In this document: positions 26,521 to 40,879 of the stretch, piece by piece
Numbering within the stretch: the stretch's first letter is position 1
Layout of the letters: each line of letters opens with the position of its first letter
Source of the DNA: Camelus dromedarius
Taxonomy: Eukaryota
DNA length: 64,000 nucleotides
NCBI RefSeq assembly: GCF_036321535.1
Contig: NC_087447.1
Location: forward strand, 36,768,001-36,832,000
Direction of reading: 5' to 3'
The notes under the pieces: model-generated
Told to the model about the DNA's origin: nothing
Seen by the model: the letters and a program-made list of their open reading frames with translations, nothing else
The model's database searches: none
Position numbers and translations under genes: made by a program

Positions 26521-27717
26521 AAAATTCATGAGATAGTAATTAATCTCAATGCTGTTCTAAAACACGAATGCTCTGTGCCTCACACCCTAGGTTACAGGGT
26601 GTACCTGGGTGTGTCTTTACTCTAGAGCCAGCTCTGCAAAATTCTCATGGGATATATATGTCACATTAAGAACTGGCCCATAGTACTAAACTTCCCACAC
26701 ACTATTTAGGTCATTTGTCTGAATTAAAGGAAAAATTGTAAGGCTAACCACTTAATAAAATGTGTGTATTTTCATCCAAATGGTGTTTTTATGAATGAGA
26801 CCTTTGAAGCAGGCATAAATTGTACATTATTTTCTACATTTTAAAATAAGTTGCTACTGTTGGTAATTACCATTGAGTGCATATTTAATGCACTGAGGAA
26901 ATTTGAAGCAATTATTCCGTTTATTTGTGATTTCCTTTCAATCCAAATATCTGCATTAAACTATGAAAAAGAAAACTACAGAAAATTTAGGTCATTTAAA
27001 AAAGTACACATTTTCTGAACTCTGCTTATAAACTTGTATTGCACCAACCGAAGTAAGATTAGAGTGAATCCGACATTGTAAAGGATAGGGTTCAAAAGTT
27101 TAGGTAATTTTGAATAAAATTACTTTTAAATAACCTTAAAGAGGCTGGGCCAGTTGCAAGGCTAGTTTTACAGAAGTCAACAAGACGTGTAAAACTGAGC
27201 TCAAAAGATAGCTAGTTTAACTTTAGACAAATTATTTTTCCTCAAGCCTCTTTTCAGTACTTAAGAGTTGATTATACCTGGAAATGGATTGAATAGACAG
27301 AAGTTGGTATCTGTTAGAAAGTCTGCACAAAATGGTAGAAACCACAGAGGAAAAACCTGAGTCTGTCTCTTCCGTGAGTGCCTAGCATTTTTTAAAGCTC
27401 AGAGAATTTGGGTACTGAAAACTGGCTCTAATGCTGAAAGGGTCAGAAAATAAGAAGAGTGCAAGAGGGGCACAGCTTTTGTAGGCCCACTTTATACTTT
27501 TCCTTTGATCATAAGCTAGTAAGAAAAGTACACATTTTTCACAGAAATGATCCGATATCATTAAAATGGTTTGGTCAGCAATAGAACAGGGCAGAACAAC
27601 ACAGGTATTAAATGGGAAGGAACAGCTCCATATCCATTTTGTTCAGTAGACATCATCTGGTGTTTCCTTTCAAGTTAATATGCAACTATTCGTTATACAT
27701 GTTTTAATAGTATTCTT

Positions 27718-27941
27718 TTTTTTTAATTGAAGTATAGTTAATTGCAGTGTGTCTATCTCTGGTGTATAGCACAATATTCCAGTCATGGATATACATACAT
27801 ATATTCATTTTCATATTTTATTCCATTAAAGGTTATTACAAGATATTGAACATAGCTCCCTGTGCTATACAAAAGAAACTTCTTTAAAAAATCTATTTTT
27901 TTATATAGTGGCTAACATTTGTAAATCTCAAACTCCCAAAA
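27718..27941 (-). mobile_element. Short L1 3'-end fragment (lineage-specific)
   Basis: Poly-T, aattgaagtatagtt, ttacaagatattgaacatagctccctgtgctataca; homologous to the 3'UTR at about 2590-2800. TSD tattctt (27711 / 27942). Confidence 0.85.
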
Positions 27942-28725
27942 TATTCTTAAATATCTCTTTAGGGCTATGGAATAGATGAGATTTAAAGTGAAATCTATTT
28001 TATGGCTTTAAAAACACATTGCTTCATATAATAGTAATGAGAGACCTGCGTTCTTATGCTTAACGCAAAGAGTTACATTCCTATTCACATTTGTTTAACT
28101 AAGCTTCCATCACAACAGGTGCACAATTATTTTTCTGAGTAAAATATTATCAGCCTTCAAAATTAGCCGGGGCAAAATGCAAGTTGTCTGATTAAATAAT
28201 CAGAGCTGATACTTAAAATACATTTGATTTCCACTGGAATTTTAAAATGCGAAGTCCCAGTCTCTTTTTCTGATGTGTTGAAGGCATTGCAATTGTTTGT
28301 ATTTTGTAAGTAGTAGCTTGTACTCTTACTAGTTTGATATATTTCACATAATTTAATTGACATTATAAGACAATCTACTAAAAATATAGTAATAGTTCAT
28401 TACTTCTAGTCTAACATTTTAATCCATCAGTGAAGCAGTATTATGCTTCACATCAAATTGGTAAAAAAAAAAAAAAAAAGTGACCCTTTTGCTTTGTAGA
28501 CTATTCTAAATTCAATTAAAAGGCACATCAGTTTAGCAAGTTAAAATCCAGTGTATTCTTATTTAAATTTAATTTGTGGAGGGCAAAAAATAATATAAAT
28601 TTCAGTTCATAAGCTGTATAAATCATATGTACACCAAACTTACTGAATATCTTGGTGAACAATAAACACTCACAAATGGTTAAAGTCAATTAAACAAAAA
28701 AACCCAAAAAGCAAACAATATCAAA

Positions 28726-28790
28726 CGCACACTCACACACACACATACTCTCTCTCTCTCCCCCCTCTCTTTCCCTCTCTCTCTCTCTCC
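28726..28790 (+). repeat. Compound (CA)n/(CT)n microsatellite
   Basis: Direct reading. Confidence 0.9.
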
Positions 28791-30484
28791 TGAACACAAC
28801 AGGAAGCTTCTCTAGGAGGTACTTTCTAAACCATGGTTTAGATGTGCTACAACAGTGCAGCTGTTAGAAACCAATTATAGGCAGGTAACTGTTTGTTTTC
28901 ATATCTAAATCTGTTTGTCAATCAGGAGAATGCAGTGAATCAGGAAAGGGGATCTCATACAAACCACAGTAAGTCAGAGCATCTGGAATGGGTCCAAACC
29001 ACAAGAATTAGGGCAGGAGTATAGATGGAATCAAAACCACACATGTGCACATGGCTGCTGTATTTGACTAACTTTTCAAATAGACTCAGAAGTAGAGACT
29101 ATTGGAGAAAAATGTCAGTTTTCTATTGAGAACAGTCTGATTTTATGATTTCTTAAAAACGTGTGGTTATTTATAGAAGAGTGATTGTAAAAGACATCTA
29201 CAGATCTTTACAAATGTAACACATTTCTAAAATTGGCTCATAATCATCCTTTTTAAATGAAGATTTAAACTTTTTTTTAAATTTCAAAGTCCATTTATAT
29301 GTATTCCTGAACATACCATAAAAAATAGGTTTTTACCACTTTGAAATTCATCTATGGCAGTTTCCAGCTTATATAGCTATTTATGAAGAAACTTCAGTTT
29401 TATCTGGATCCAAGAAAACATTTTTACTCGTTAGCAAAACCATCTCTACTGTTTAAATATGCTGCTGTTGTGCTCTGTTTGTAAGATTTCAAGAAAGAGT
29501 CAAGTATACAAAGAGTGCTTTACATAAATCTATATGGCTAGAAGATTTTCCATGCTGAAATGTGGGTAAACCAACTGAGACCCCGAAGTTAAGTTGGTAA
29601 CATCAAGGGAGCATAAATAGAAATTTATTAAGAAAGCTAAAGAAATGAAATGGACACGACCATTCTGTGGTTTTCCTTAAACACAGGCTTTCACATCCAT
29701 TGAGAGTCCTGGTTTTCTTGTTAGCTGCTTACTGAAAGGAGCTCTTTTATTTTTTCAGCCATAGTTTAGTGCCAGTAGGCATTTGCCTCTAAGCATGATG
29801 GCTCTTCTCTAACCTTCACAGCTGACTGTGTATTTCTCATCCATGGTTATCAGTTAGGGTTGCCCTCCCAAATGGATGCTGAAAAGCATCTTACTGGAGT
29901 AATTCTTACTCACCCGAGGTTTCTCTCTGCATACCATTTAGTTTTGGGATTAGGGAGGGGAGGAGGGGATAGCTACTACCTGATACGATGCCCTCTGTAC
30001 CTGGCCATATTTTAAATATTTGCAAAGGCTCATCTGAGATGGAATCAGAATCAAATGAGTAAGAAGTGATGAATGAGATGAAATGAAATACTGGGGGAAT
30101 AGCTATGTTTCTTCTAGAAAGAAGAGTGTGCTTCAGATTGCAGAAAGAGCTCTGAGAGGATTCTCTGTATTGTATTTCATAAAGAAGACCAGAAGTAGGA
30201 CCAGAAGAAAAATTCCTTCTTTCCCCCTCATGATGAACTGATTCTTACCGTGGTTGACACTAAGAAGTTTTCTTACTTGAGCATTAATCTCAGGACTTTA
30301 GAATTCATCTCATCCACCCCTTTGCCTTCAAGAAGGAAATAACACAGTGATGGGCTTATTATTTTCCCATTATTGTGTTAGACTATGTAGGGTTTACAAT
30401 GTTCCATATTTTCACCACTCAGACATGAGAAATTCCTGTTTTTAAAGATCTACAGGGAAGCAGGAGAGGAGGGTACTGGCAAAA

Positions 30485-30720
30485 GCAATAACTAACATTT
30501 ATTGGGAAAATACTCAGTGTTACAGTGTTTTTTTTAATCTTATCTCATTTAATCCTCAAACCAAGCCAGGTGGTGGGCGTTACTGTCTTCCTTTTGCAAA
30601 GGAGGGAACAGAGGCTCAGGAAAATTAAGTAATTTTCTTAAGACACCAAGATAATAGTGGCTGATACAGGATTTGAACTGAGGATTCTATGATGCTAAAG
30701 TTCATACTCTTTCCACCAAA
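30485..30720 (-). mobile_element. MIR
   Basis: atctcatttaatcctca...gggaacagaggctcagg...ttaagtaatt...caggatttgaac. Confidence 0.8.
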
Positions 30721-32149
30721 ACATGCTAACACCTGTTGTGATCACTATTGAAACACTTTTCCTCATGCGTTTCCCAAGTCTCCCATACTAACTCTTTGAG
30801 CTAAACAAACAGACAAACAAAATCAAACACAAAACAGTGATTATCATTCTCTTTATGAAAATACGTCATATTCTTAATTGTGAAGTTTGATTTTTTTTGA
30901 GATTTATGGGATCTTTTTCAGTTTTTAATACCTATAGTTTTTTCCTTTCAGATTTTGCCACTGTAAAATTTCCTTTGTTAATTTAAATTCTTCAGGTTTG
31001 AGTATCTCACTTATCCTTTAGTATACTTGGGGGTTTTCTAATTTGCTATCCAGGATTATTTTATGTTACTCTGGGTCTCTACGATAATCTGATCTGCAGT
31101 TCAGTGGTAAATCATTGTTGGGCATTAGACAGTTGACAGAGTGCCTGGATATGTCATGAGAGTAATTATAGAACATAAACATTCGAAATTCTGATCACTG
31201 GCTAGATTACTAGGATCCTTACATTTTTAGCATAGTGGCATATATATTTCTGTACTGCAAAAACTTATGAACCATGAGTAAAATTTTAATAATAAACTAT
31301 ATTGTGGTTAATTATTAAAGTTATGAGGAATAATTAAGAGAAGATTATCATCTGTCTCTTACAATGACCCCTTACTACTATGCCTATAATCCATATCTCA
31401 CTGGAATCAATTAATTGATTGTCTCAGGGTCTTTCAATTCATAACTGCATTTTTCTGATTTCTCTGAAGGTATTTTAGAAAGCAGCTTTCAGTAGGAAAA
31501 TGAAACAGCTGGTACTCATGGAATGATAAGTGCCTTGAGTTTGGTAGTATACAGAGGACACTATGAGGATTAAGTCACCAAATTATCTTAAACAGTTTCC
31601 AATTAAAAAATTTCCATTTCTTAAGGGGAAAGCCAAGAGAAATTAGACCCAAGAGTGTACTTAGGTTAGGTTAGACAGATAACTTAGGTCCCGCTAAAGT
31701 TACGAATGGGGATTTGAATACTAAATCTCCTTGGGGGTAAATAGAGTGTAGTCAGTCAACACTGGAAGCACAGGAGCAGGAGGATAATAGTTACTGAAGT
31801 AGCTGAGTTACCCTAAGTGATCAAGCAGAGATGCCCAAGAACACAAGTTAGGAGCATAAAGCACGTAAAGACAGTATGCAAGCACCTATAGGTTAGATAA
31901 CAAGAGTCAAGTGTAAGCTCTGCCAAAAATGAGAGTTGGAACATAAGACACAGGCCTGGGTAGTGGATGCTGAGTGATTCAGCACTGGTAGGAGGAGAGA
32001 ATAGGTCACCACAAATGGTGCTGAGAGGACAGTGTTATGACCTCTGATCCTAGGGCAGAGATTGTCTAGGCCTGGCTCTCTGCTTCGTATAGTTAGAGAC
32101 CAGTGTTTATGGCTAGATAAAAGGAAAGTTTTCCCAGATCACACTAAAT

Positions 32150-32360
32150 CTGTGCCGCTCAATACAAAAGTCACTTTTCACATGTGACTATTTAATAAAT
32201 TAAAATCAGTGAAAATTAGCTAAAATTAAAATTCAGTTCCTCAGTCACACAAGCCACGTTATAAATGTTTACCACCTACCACATGTGGCTAGTGGCTGCC
32301 ATATAGGAGAGCAAGGATATATGACATTTCCATTATCATAGAAAGCTCTATTGGACAGTA
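32150..32360 (-). mobile_element. MER3-like hAT-Charlie MITE
   Basis: aaaattcagttcctcagtcacacaagccac...ccacatgtggctagtggctgccata...catttccattatcatagaaagctctattggacag. Confidence 0.85.
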
Positions 32361-33334
32361 TTCTTCTATATTATAATAGGCATGAAAAGCTAAGTGTTTT
32401 GGAGAGTTCTAATATTGTGGACATGTAAAATCTGTAAGTTTCTATAACATGACCTTTCTATGACAATGTACATTAAGGAAGTCAAGAAATAATACTGTGT
32501 TAAATTTAGTGAGGGTTCTGAAAACAGGATTTTGATAGAATAATTCCATTATATGAAGTTAGTTTTGAAATTGGTATTCATAATTTGTTTTAGTGATTTG
32601 TATACTGTTGCAATAAATACACAGATTTTTTTTTCACGAAGGAAGACCTATTAAAATCCTGTTGAAATGGATCATAACTTATATACAAAACTGCTGAAAT
32701 TGTATTAAAATCTGTTTTTCTCACATGCATACTCTGTTTATTGAAGCATATCAGCTTTTGTGAGTTACTTGAAATTTTCTCATCTCCACTAATGGCTGAT
32801 GGGAAAGTAGATCCTTGTATCTTTCTTTCATCAAACTGTCAACAAGGCAGCTTCCTGTTTTGAGTGCTATTTTTCATTGTATTTAATACACATGTTTTTA
32901 TGTATGCATTTTAAAATTGTATTTAGTACAGATTTTGTGTGTTTAACTATGTGTTAGAGATACATGCAGGAAAAGATGGAGAGAGAGAGAGAGATTAGAC
33001 ATACTAAGGAAAATGAAATGAGTAAAATATTAGCTTTTTTTCCTTTTTAAAGTAGATTAAACTCTCAGAGAAAGAGAGAGAATAATTTGCATTTATGTCG
33101 GTATCTAACATTTTCCTCTAATATCCTAAACCCAAAACCCTGAGAGTCACCACCACTAAATTTTGTGGCTTCTAGAGGAAAATTCAAATCCCTTTTTTCA
33201 GAGATACTGCTTTTCTATTTTGGCATGAAGTTTCTTGAACAGACCTAGCCACTGATAATGAAACCAAAATACATGTGGTAGACATAGCTTGTTGAATCCA
33301 CACTGGCTTAAAATTAAATAGGCAATTCACAGAA

Positions 33335-34020
33335 GAGGATGCCTGAATAACAGGGAAATGCAAAATAAAGCAAAAACAAGATACCATTTCACATCCATCA
33401 GACTGGCAAAAATTAGGTGTGAGGAGCTGGAATTCTCATAAACTACTTGTTGGAGTTTAAGTTTATGCAGCTACTCTGAGAATGGTTTAGCTATATCTAG
33501 CAAAGGTGAAGATGTACATACTCTATAAACTAGCAATCCAACTTTTATATTTGTATCTTTATATACCAAAGGAACCCTTGCACGTGTACAAGAATGTTCA
33601 CTGTAGCATTGTTTACAATAGCAATCAAAATAAAGAAGCAGTCAAAATAAATAAGAGCTATATATATCAACATGCATGAATTTAAAAACATAATATTAAA
33701 TGAAGTGAGAGGATATAGCTCAAGTGGTAGAACACATGCTTAACATGCATGAGGTCCTGGCTTCAATCCCCAGTACCTCCCCAATAAATAAATAAACCTA
33801 ATTACCTCCCTCCTAAAAAAAAAAGAAATTAAAAAATATTAAATGAAAAAAAGACAAAATTATATATCTAGTATATGGTGCAATTTATAGAACTGAAAAC
33901 ATGTAAAACAATACCATAGATATTGTCTCATAAGCTCATATGTAGTAGTTGTGTAAAAACAGGTACTGAAATGATAAACACTAAATTTAGTATAACAAAT
34001 ACTTTTTTAAAAAAAAAAGC
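33335..34020 (+). mobile_element. Old L1M 3' fragment, interrupted by a SINE
   Basis: gggaaatgcaaaataaagcaaaaacaagataccatttcacatccatcagactggcaaaaatt; aagaatgttcactgtagcattgtttacaatagc. Confidence 0.8.
33705..33834 (+). mobile_element. tRNA-derived camelid SINE (vic-1-like) with perfect 13-bp TSD
   Basis: ggatatagctcaagtggtagaacacatgcttaacatgcatgaggtcctggcttcaatccccagtacctcc plus tail. TSD aatattaaatgaa at 33692-33704 and 33835-33847. Confidence 0.93.
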
Positions 34021-34884
34021 AGGCTCTGTCTCAGGGGCACAGGAAATAAACAGATAAATGTGATTTGTTATTCTCCAGTATTAGAGGTACCAGCTTTTCT
34101 CAGACTATCCATGGTACTTGCTCTTTGCTTTACCAATAGAAACTTTCAAGTTGCTTAAGCCTCCTTTGTTTAATGTGTGACTCTTGGCCTCTTCTTGACT
34201 TCTAGTCACAGGGTGAGTGAGACAGTCGGTTGGAAGAGGTTCTTTTTACAAAAACAAAACTTCTCTCATTAATGTGGCACTTTAGATAGCACCTTGGGGA
34301 CAGCCTACAAATCTCAACCTTGTTTTGATTCATTTATATTTTTATTAATTTCACTTATCTGTCAAACATTTTTTGAGAAGCTTTTATATGGTAGCTATTG
34401 CGAATACAAAGATGACTAAGAAATGGCCCCTAACCATAAGGAGCTCACAGAGTATAATAGCATGCATAGATAATTATAACATAAATATTTTTAGCTCAAG
34501 CTTTAGAGGATGCTAAAGAGGAATTGATTTAAATATTAAGTTTTTTCCCTTCGAAGTAAATAAAAGGATTACCTCTTGAAGAAAGGAATCATTTGCATTT
34601 ATAGATCAGTGTCATGTTTTTTCTGGTATCTCAAATTCATGACAATTAGGGTTAATATTTATATTTCTAGCCTAGACCTCTTTTTTGAGCTCCAAGTTTA
34701 TATATTCCATTTTCTACTATACATTTCTACCTGAACACTTTAAAGCATATCTAAAATAGAACTCATAATTTTCTCTCCTAGATCTACTGCACCTAAATTC
34801 CCTTCCATCTCAGTGAAGGACAACTCTATCCTTCTAGCTGCTCAGGTCAAAAACTGTGAGAGCAACCTTGATTCTTCACTATGG

Positions 34885-35305
34885 GACATCGTTTCCATTG
34901 TGAGGAATTGTGTCCCTCTTTATGACTTCTAAACTTATTCTGTGCTCTAAAAGCCCAACTCTTATGGACTGCATGAATGAATTCTCTTGCTCTTTGACTT
35001 CTATTTGGGTTTGACCAATAAGAGGCACTGAGGAAAGCTGGAGGAGAGTAAGGTTGATGCCCTCTCCCTTTCCCCAGCTTGCAGGCGGTTGATGAGATCT
35101 TTTCATAATCCTTTCCATACAACTACATTCTCCAAGTTCCAGGAACCATTCTCTCCCTTTACCCTTCAGGCCTAAGTATGATAACAGCTACAGCTATAAC
35201 TCGCTCCTGGGTACATCACTATCTCTTGTTTTTCTTAAATCTTGCACCATATCGTTGTAAATAGTTTAACTCTCCTCAAATTATCTAGTTTAAATGTGCC
35301 TTTGC
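34885..35305 (+). mobile_element. ERVL LTR (LTR33-like) nested in L2
   Basis: tatggactgcatg...ttgggtttgaccaataagaggcactg...cccttcaggcctaag...ttgtaaatag...aactctcctcaaatta. Confidence 0.7.
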
Positions 35306-35589
35306 CATTACGTTGGTCCAAGCAGCCAATCTCTCTTGCCTGGAATATTGTAATGGCCTCTTATCTGATATCCCTGTTTTTACCCTTGTGTCCATAAAAT
35401 CTGTTTTCCACACTGAAACTAGACTGACCCTTTAAAAACGTAAGTTAGATCACATCACTCCCTTACTTGAAAACTCTACTAGATCTCCATATTGAGTAAA
35501 GGCAAAAGGTCCTATGATGGCCCAAAAGGCCCTACAAGATAGATATGGTCCCCTCTTCCTTCTCTAACTTCATCTCCTATTACTCTCCT

Positions 35590-36135
35590 AAACTCAGGGA
35601 AACACTTTACTTATAATGACCGGTGTATTATGAAGGATGCAAATGAATACCCACATGAAAATGTACATGGGGCAAGGTCTAGAAGGTCCCAAGCCCAGGA
35701 GCTTCTGTCTTTGTGGAGTTTGGGATGCTCTAGCTTCCTGGCACAAGGATACATTCAACAACAATAAAGCTCTTTGAATCCCTTCATTTAGGGTTTTTAT
35801 GGAGGTTTCATTACATAGGCATGATTGATTAAATCATTGACTGTTGGTGATTAGCTCAATCTCAGGCTTCTCTCCAGTCCCCAGAGGTCTGCATAGGGCT
35901 GAAAGTTCAAACTCTAATCATGTGTTTTGTTCCCCTGGCAACCAGTCCCCATCTTGAAATTTTCTAAGGCGCATCTAGAGTCGCTTCATTAACATAAAGT
36001 CAGGTATGTTTGAAGGGACTTATTATGAATAATTAAAGATGTTCCTCTCACTCATCACTCAGGAAATTACAAGCGTTTTCAAAGCTCTATGCCAAGAATG
36101 AAGACCAAATATATATTTATTATATCAAAACGTCA
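35590..36135 (-). mobile_element. MER21-like LTR nested in L2
   Basis: aactcagggaaacactttactt, caggagcttctgtc, ggaggtttcattacataggcatgattgattaaatcattg, cactcaggaaattacaag. Confidence 0.8.
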
Positions 36136-37529
36136 CCTCTCCCCTTTGCTCTTTTTGCTCTTGGTATGTTTACCTGTTGATGTTCCTCAAATAAGCACCC
36201 ACCTCAGGACTTTTGCATTTGTTGTTTATTCTTTTTGGAATGCTCTGCTCCTAAAATCCGTTTTTTAACTCTTTCAAGTTCTTGTTTAATTGTTCTCAGG
36301 GAGACTACTTTGACCATCCTATTTACAATTGGAACCTCTTCCACCTACTTAGCTTTTTTTTTTTTCTGTAGCATTTATTACATCTTAATATACTTTTTCA
36401 TTTTGTTACTTCTTTATTTATTGTGTGAGTTCTACCACTAGAAGATAAGTTGCATGAAAACAGTGTGTGGGGGTTCACTGCTTGACCCAAGGTAAATAAT
36501 AAATATTTATTAAATGAGTGGTTGAATAAATGCAGTGAGTTAAAAAAGATGCACAAGAAGCCTGTGAGTGTCACAGAAGGCTATTTGGAGAAGTTGCTCT
36601 TATTCTCCTGACTCCTCACCGTGGCTTCACTCCACCAGTATGTTACTGCATCTGAATGGGAGTTCCAGTTAATTTATGCCTCCATACCACAAGATCTGTC
36701 TGCTCACAATGGGCAGATCTAAATTTTGAAACTCAGATACAAAAATTTCCTCTTTTAACTAAATATCACAAATATAAGACTCAAGTAGACAAAAGCATAT
36801 AGGTAGTTTTCTTTCCATTGAAAAGGACAATAGTTCTAGGATGTATTTTGTTCTCTAATATGATTATCTTTGAAATATATATTGCTATTATAACCTAGAC
36901 TGGATATTTTTTTCAAAGTAAGCTTTGTAATAAATGGATTTGCAAAACCAAAAACTTTATTGTACAATATAATAATTTTATTATTTAATAGAAAGAGGAA
37001 CTAAATGATAGAGATTACTTAAAATTTTCTTTTGTACATAGCAGTTTAATTGAGGAAAGTTGTCAGTAAATCATCTGCTAAGCAGTTTTATCATGCTTCA
37101 TATACAAGATTTTTCTGCTTTTTCTTCAAATATGCTTCACACTAGGAAGCCTCATTTAAGACACAAAATTTAAATCAGTTACTAAATTTCAGTTAATGTT
37201 AAATAACTGCAAGGAATCTTAGAAGTTCCATTTGTTTTTTAAATTTATATTTCACAGAACTTTTTAAAAAGGGATAGATTCTGTAATAATAAGAATAGCT
37301 AGACAAGAAGATAGGAACTGTTTTGTGAATATATTTTACTGTTTTTGACCATTGATATATAAATTTTTCTTACAGTCTAATTGAATCTGTTCAAACCTTT
37401 GTGATTTACCGTAGGTTTGTCAGTGGATTTTGAAAGAAATGTCAGTTATTTTCAAGACAAAGAGGCATTTATTGAGCTTCTAGTATGTGTCAAGCATTTT
37501 GCTGGGCATTTTTACCCTTGCTCATTTAT

Positions 37530-38205
37530 TTATTTATTTTTTGCAGTGGCTTTATTGAGGTATAATTTAGATACCATAAAGTTTACCCATTTAAAGAGTA
37601 CAATTCTGTGTTTTTTTTAATATATTCACAGAGTTGTACAACTGTCTCCACAATTAATTTTAGAATGTTTTCATCACCCCCAAAGAAATTCCTTATCTTT
37701 TAGCAGTCACTTTCCATTTTTCCCCAAATTCACTGGCCCTAAACAACTGCTAATATACTTTCTATTTTTGCTATCAACTATTCTGGACATTTCATATAAA
37801 TGGAATTATATTATAGTTGTTTTTTTTTTGTGACTGGCTTCTTACATTTAGCACAATGTTTTCAAGGTTCATCAGTGCTGCAGCATGTATCAGTACTTCA
37901 TGCCTTTTTATTGCCAAATAATATTCCATTATATGGACATACACCACATTTTGTTCTGTGGACATGGGTTGTTTCCATTTTTCTGCTGTTATGAATAATG
38001 CTGCTATGAACATTGTACAATTTTGTTGTGAATATATGTTTTCATTCCTCTTGGGTATATATACCCAAGAGTGGATTTTCTGGGTCATACAGTAACTCTG
38101 TGTTTAACCTTTTGAGGAACTGACAGACGTTTCCAAATCAGCTACACTATTTTGTATTCCTACCAGAAATGTATGAAGGTTCTAATTTCTCTACACCTTC
38201 ACTCT
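37530..38205 (-). mobile_element. L1MB-like 3' end, antisense
   Basis: gctttattgaggtataattta, ttctggacatttcatataaatggaat, caaggttcatc, cttttgaggaactg. ORF 37792-38088 (-) has MFIAALFITAEKWKQP. Confidence 0.9.
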
Positions 38206-38539
38206 TTTATATAACAACATTTAATGTCAATTCTGCTGAAGAGATATTATAAATCTTATTTTATATATGGAGAAACAAAGGTTCAGAAAAAACATAATTT
38301 ATCCAAAACCACAAAGTGAATAATTGTTAGAGCTAATTTTCAAACTCGGTTCTAATTAAAAACCTATACCTTTCATTCATTCTAAAATTTTATCTTTTTT
38401 TTTCCAGAAATATTTTAGAGAATCATTTATGTTTAGTACATATTTGAGTGTCTACTATGTTGTAGAAATTGAGAAATCAGTTCAGTTTACTTATAGAGTA
38501 GTGAGACTAATAGATCAGAACAGCTTGCATATAGCTCAT

Positions 38540-39725
38540 CAATTTTAGGTCTCTTTTTTAATAGCCTTAAAAATTAATTAGGACTCCAGAGCGCTTTTGT
38601 TTAAGTGGCTTTTGTCTATTGATATATTTAGTATTAGAAATTAAAACCAAGAAAATTTAAAAATATTATTTATTAATTTATTGAAAATAACAAACATTAC
38701 TCATTAAACTAAGTAGCATAGTTTTACAAAAAAGAACTATAATATCTGAAAAATAATTTAGTAAGAAGAGTGGAATTGTTTTACTTTCTTTTAGATTTCT
38801 TTAATGTTAGGTTTAATAGAAGATGGTTGAATTCTCTTGTCTGCTTCTGCATTCAGTCTGTTGTTAACACATTGTTTTGGTTGAAGTAAATGAAGTATCA
38901 CACATATTTATGTTTCAAAAATGGAGTATTTTAAATACATTTTTCAGATAATTGTGGATTTTTTTGTACTACATCAAAGTTTATAAGTAGTATAAAGGTT
39001 AATCAAAGTTTACAAGTAGTATAAAGGTTAATTGCAATTTGGAATCTGAAACATAGCAAAGTTTTTATATTTTATTACATTACATTAAAATCCATTGGTC
39101 TAACCTACAGTTTGAATGGATCTTTCACCAAAGTATGATTTTATGACATTGTATATTGATTATTTGGAAAATGTTGGATCATTGAGTTATACAGTTCCAA
39201 AATGTTGACATGTTATATGGTACAATATCGAAAAATCACATCTATTAATATCACTTTTGTGAATTTGAAAGCACAGATATTGTTATTGAAAACAAACACA
39301 ATCGTCTTGTCTGAAGTGAAAAGCTTACTTCACATCATTTTTGAGAAAATGTCCTTTAAAAATCCAAGTTTGAATAACCGTTCCTTGCCTGTCAGTCAAT
39401 TCTTTCAAGTAAAAATGGTGTACTACGGTAAAAAGTAGTTAGGATCTCAAAGAATCACACAAATGCTTTTCCTCAAGAAAACCATTTCAGTATGCAGCAG
39501 AAATATCTTATATGTACTTCCTATTTGGTTACATGTACTAGTTTTTAAGCCATACTATTATTTTATAAACTGTAAGTTTAGATTTAATAAAACAAAGACT
39601 TCAGTGACCACTAACTAGTACAGTTCAGAGTTACTGGCTTGATTCATTCTAAGGAAACAGCAATTTTACCCATCATTGCTTTTGCACCAATAGGGTAAAT
39701 GTCAGTACAGTGAAAAGGCAAAAAA
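38540..39725 (+). mobile_element. hAT-Charlie1-like DNA transposon fossil, copy 2
   Basis: aggactccagagcgcttttgtttaagtgg...gtattagaaattaaaac; ttttgagaaaatgtc; cagcagaa. Homologous to 25260-26520. Confidence 0.85.
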
Positions 39726-40379
39726 ATTCATCCTAAATTTATAAACATGGTCTTATGCATATAATTCTACGTTCAGAATGCTTTTTAGCAGATATGAGTT
39801 CAATGTAAGAGTTGAAAGTCAAGTGATAATTTAGAATGAAACCAATTTCTTTATATATCTTCTTACCTCAAATTCTATTCCCTTAACTTTCTTTGTGACC
39901 TTTAGCAGAAATTTTTTGTATGTTGGGAAGAGATAATTTATAAATAACCTATAAATAACTTGTATAGAACTATTTAACCTTGAGCAAGAGACATTTTATT
40001 CTTAATAATTCCAAGAATTGTTCAATATCACTTTTCAATGTACACTATTATATGATATCAGTATAGAAGTATATAAAGAATATCATAAAATTCTCTCCTT
40101 ATTCTGCCCCTGCTAGCATATTTTAAAAATCTGAGACATATTTATCTCATTTTTGGGGATGATATTTCCATCTATTTCATTTACTAATCTCTGCTAATTA
40201 GAAAAGCACACAGAAGGTGCTCAATAAATATTTGTTAAATGAATGAATAAACTCTTTACATTCTCTTAAGAGCTATCTGCATAATATTCCTAGCTACTAA
40301 TGAAGAATAATTTGTTTATCCATTCCTCCTTGATAAGCACTGGCTTATTCCTAGTTCCTCACTTTTAAAGTAATACTAG

Positions 40380-40680
40380 AGTAGAAAAGATGGGTGGAAG
40401 AATGTTTTAGGCAATGTAAATAGCATGGGAGATGCCCAGAAGTATGAGAAATTATTTTTCTGGGGAATTTCATGTTTTTAGTGAAAATAGCATGTGCATA
40501 TGTATGTGTGCATTTGTTGTTGAGGTGAGTAGGCATTAAAGTTGGAAAGCAAATGTGAGAGATGAGGCTAGATGGGCAAGCAAGATCATGAAGAGGTACG
40601 TAAACCATTTTTAAAATCTAGACTTTATGAGTGGAGTGTCACTCAAGAGTTTAACTGGGGGAATGCCATGATCCTTTCTA
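40380..40680 (-). mobile_element. L2 fragment
   Basis: gagatgaggctagatgggcaagcaagatcatgaagagg...agactttat...gccatgatc. Confidence 0.55.
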
Positions 40681-40879
40681 TCATACGTGAATTTGCAACT
40701 TTCAGCAAGTTGGAATAAAGTGACATTTTATAGTCAATGAAAGTGTCTGTCATTTTAGAATTTCATTAAACATTTAGAATAAAATAAATCATAATGTTTC
40801 TAGATCATAAAACTTTTGTTCTTCATTGTTAGGATAGATTCTAAAATGGATTTTGATATAGACCATATTATATGACCAT

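Larger units (their letters stand above)
34660..36530 (+). mobile_element. L2 element (segments about 34660-34880, 35310-35590, 36135-36530) interrupted by two LTRs
   Basis: L2 motifs ctagcctagacctc...gagctcca, ccatctcagtgaagg, agatcacatcactcccttacttgaaa, acctcaggacttttgcatttg, and aataaatatttattaaatgagtg end. Confidence 0.8.

Noticed and set aside
33705..33780. tRNA genes (also 6160-6233 and 42755-42825)
   Set aside because: tRNA-like heads with tails/TSDs and broken stems; these are SINEs.
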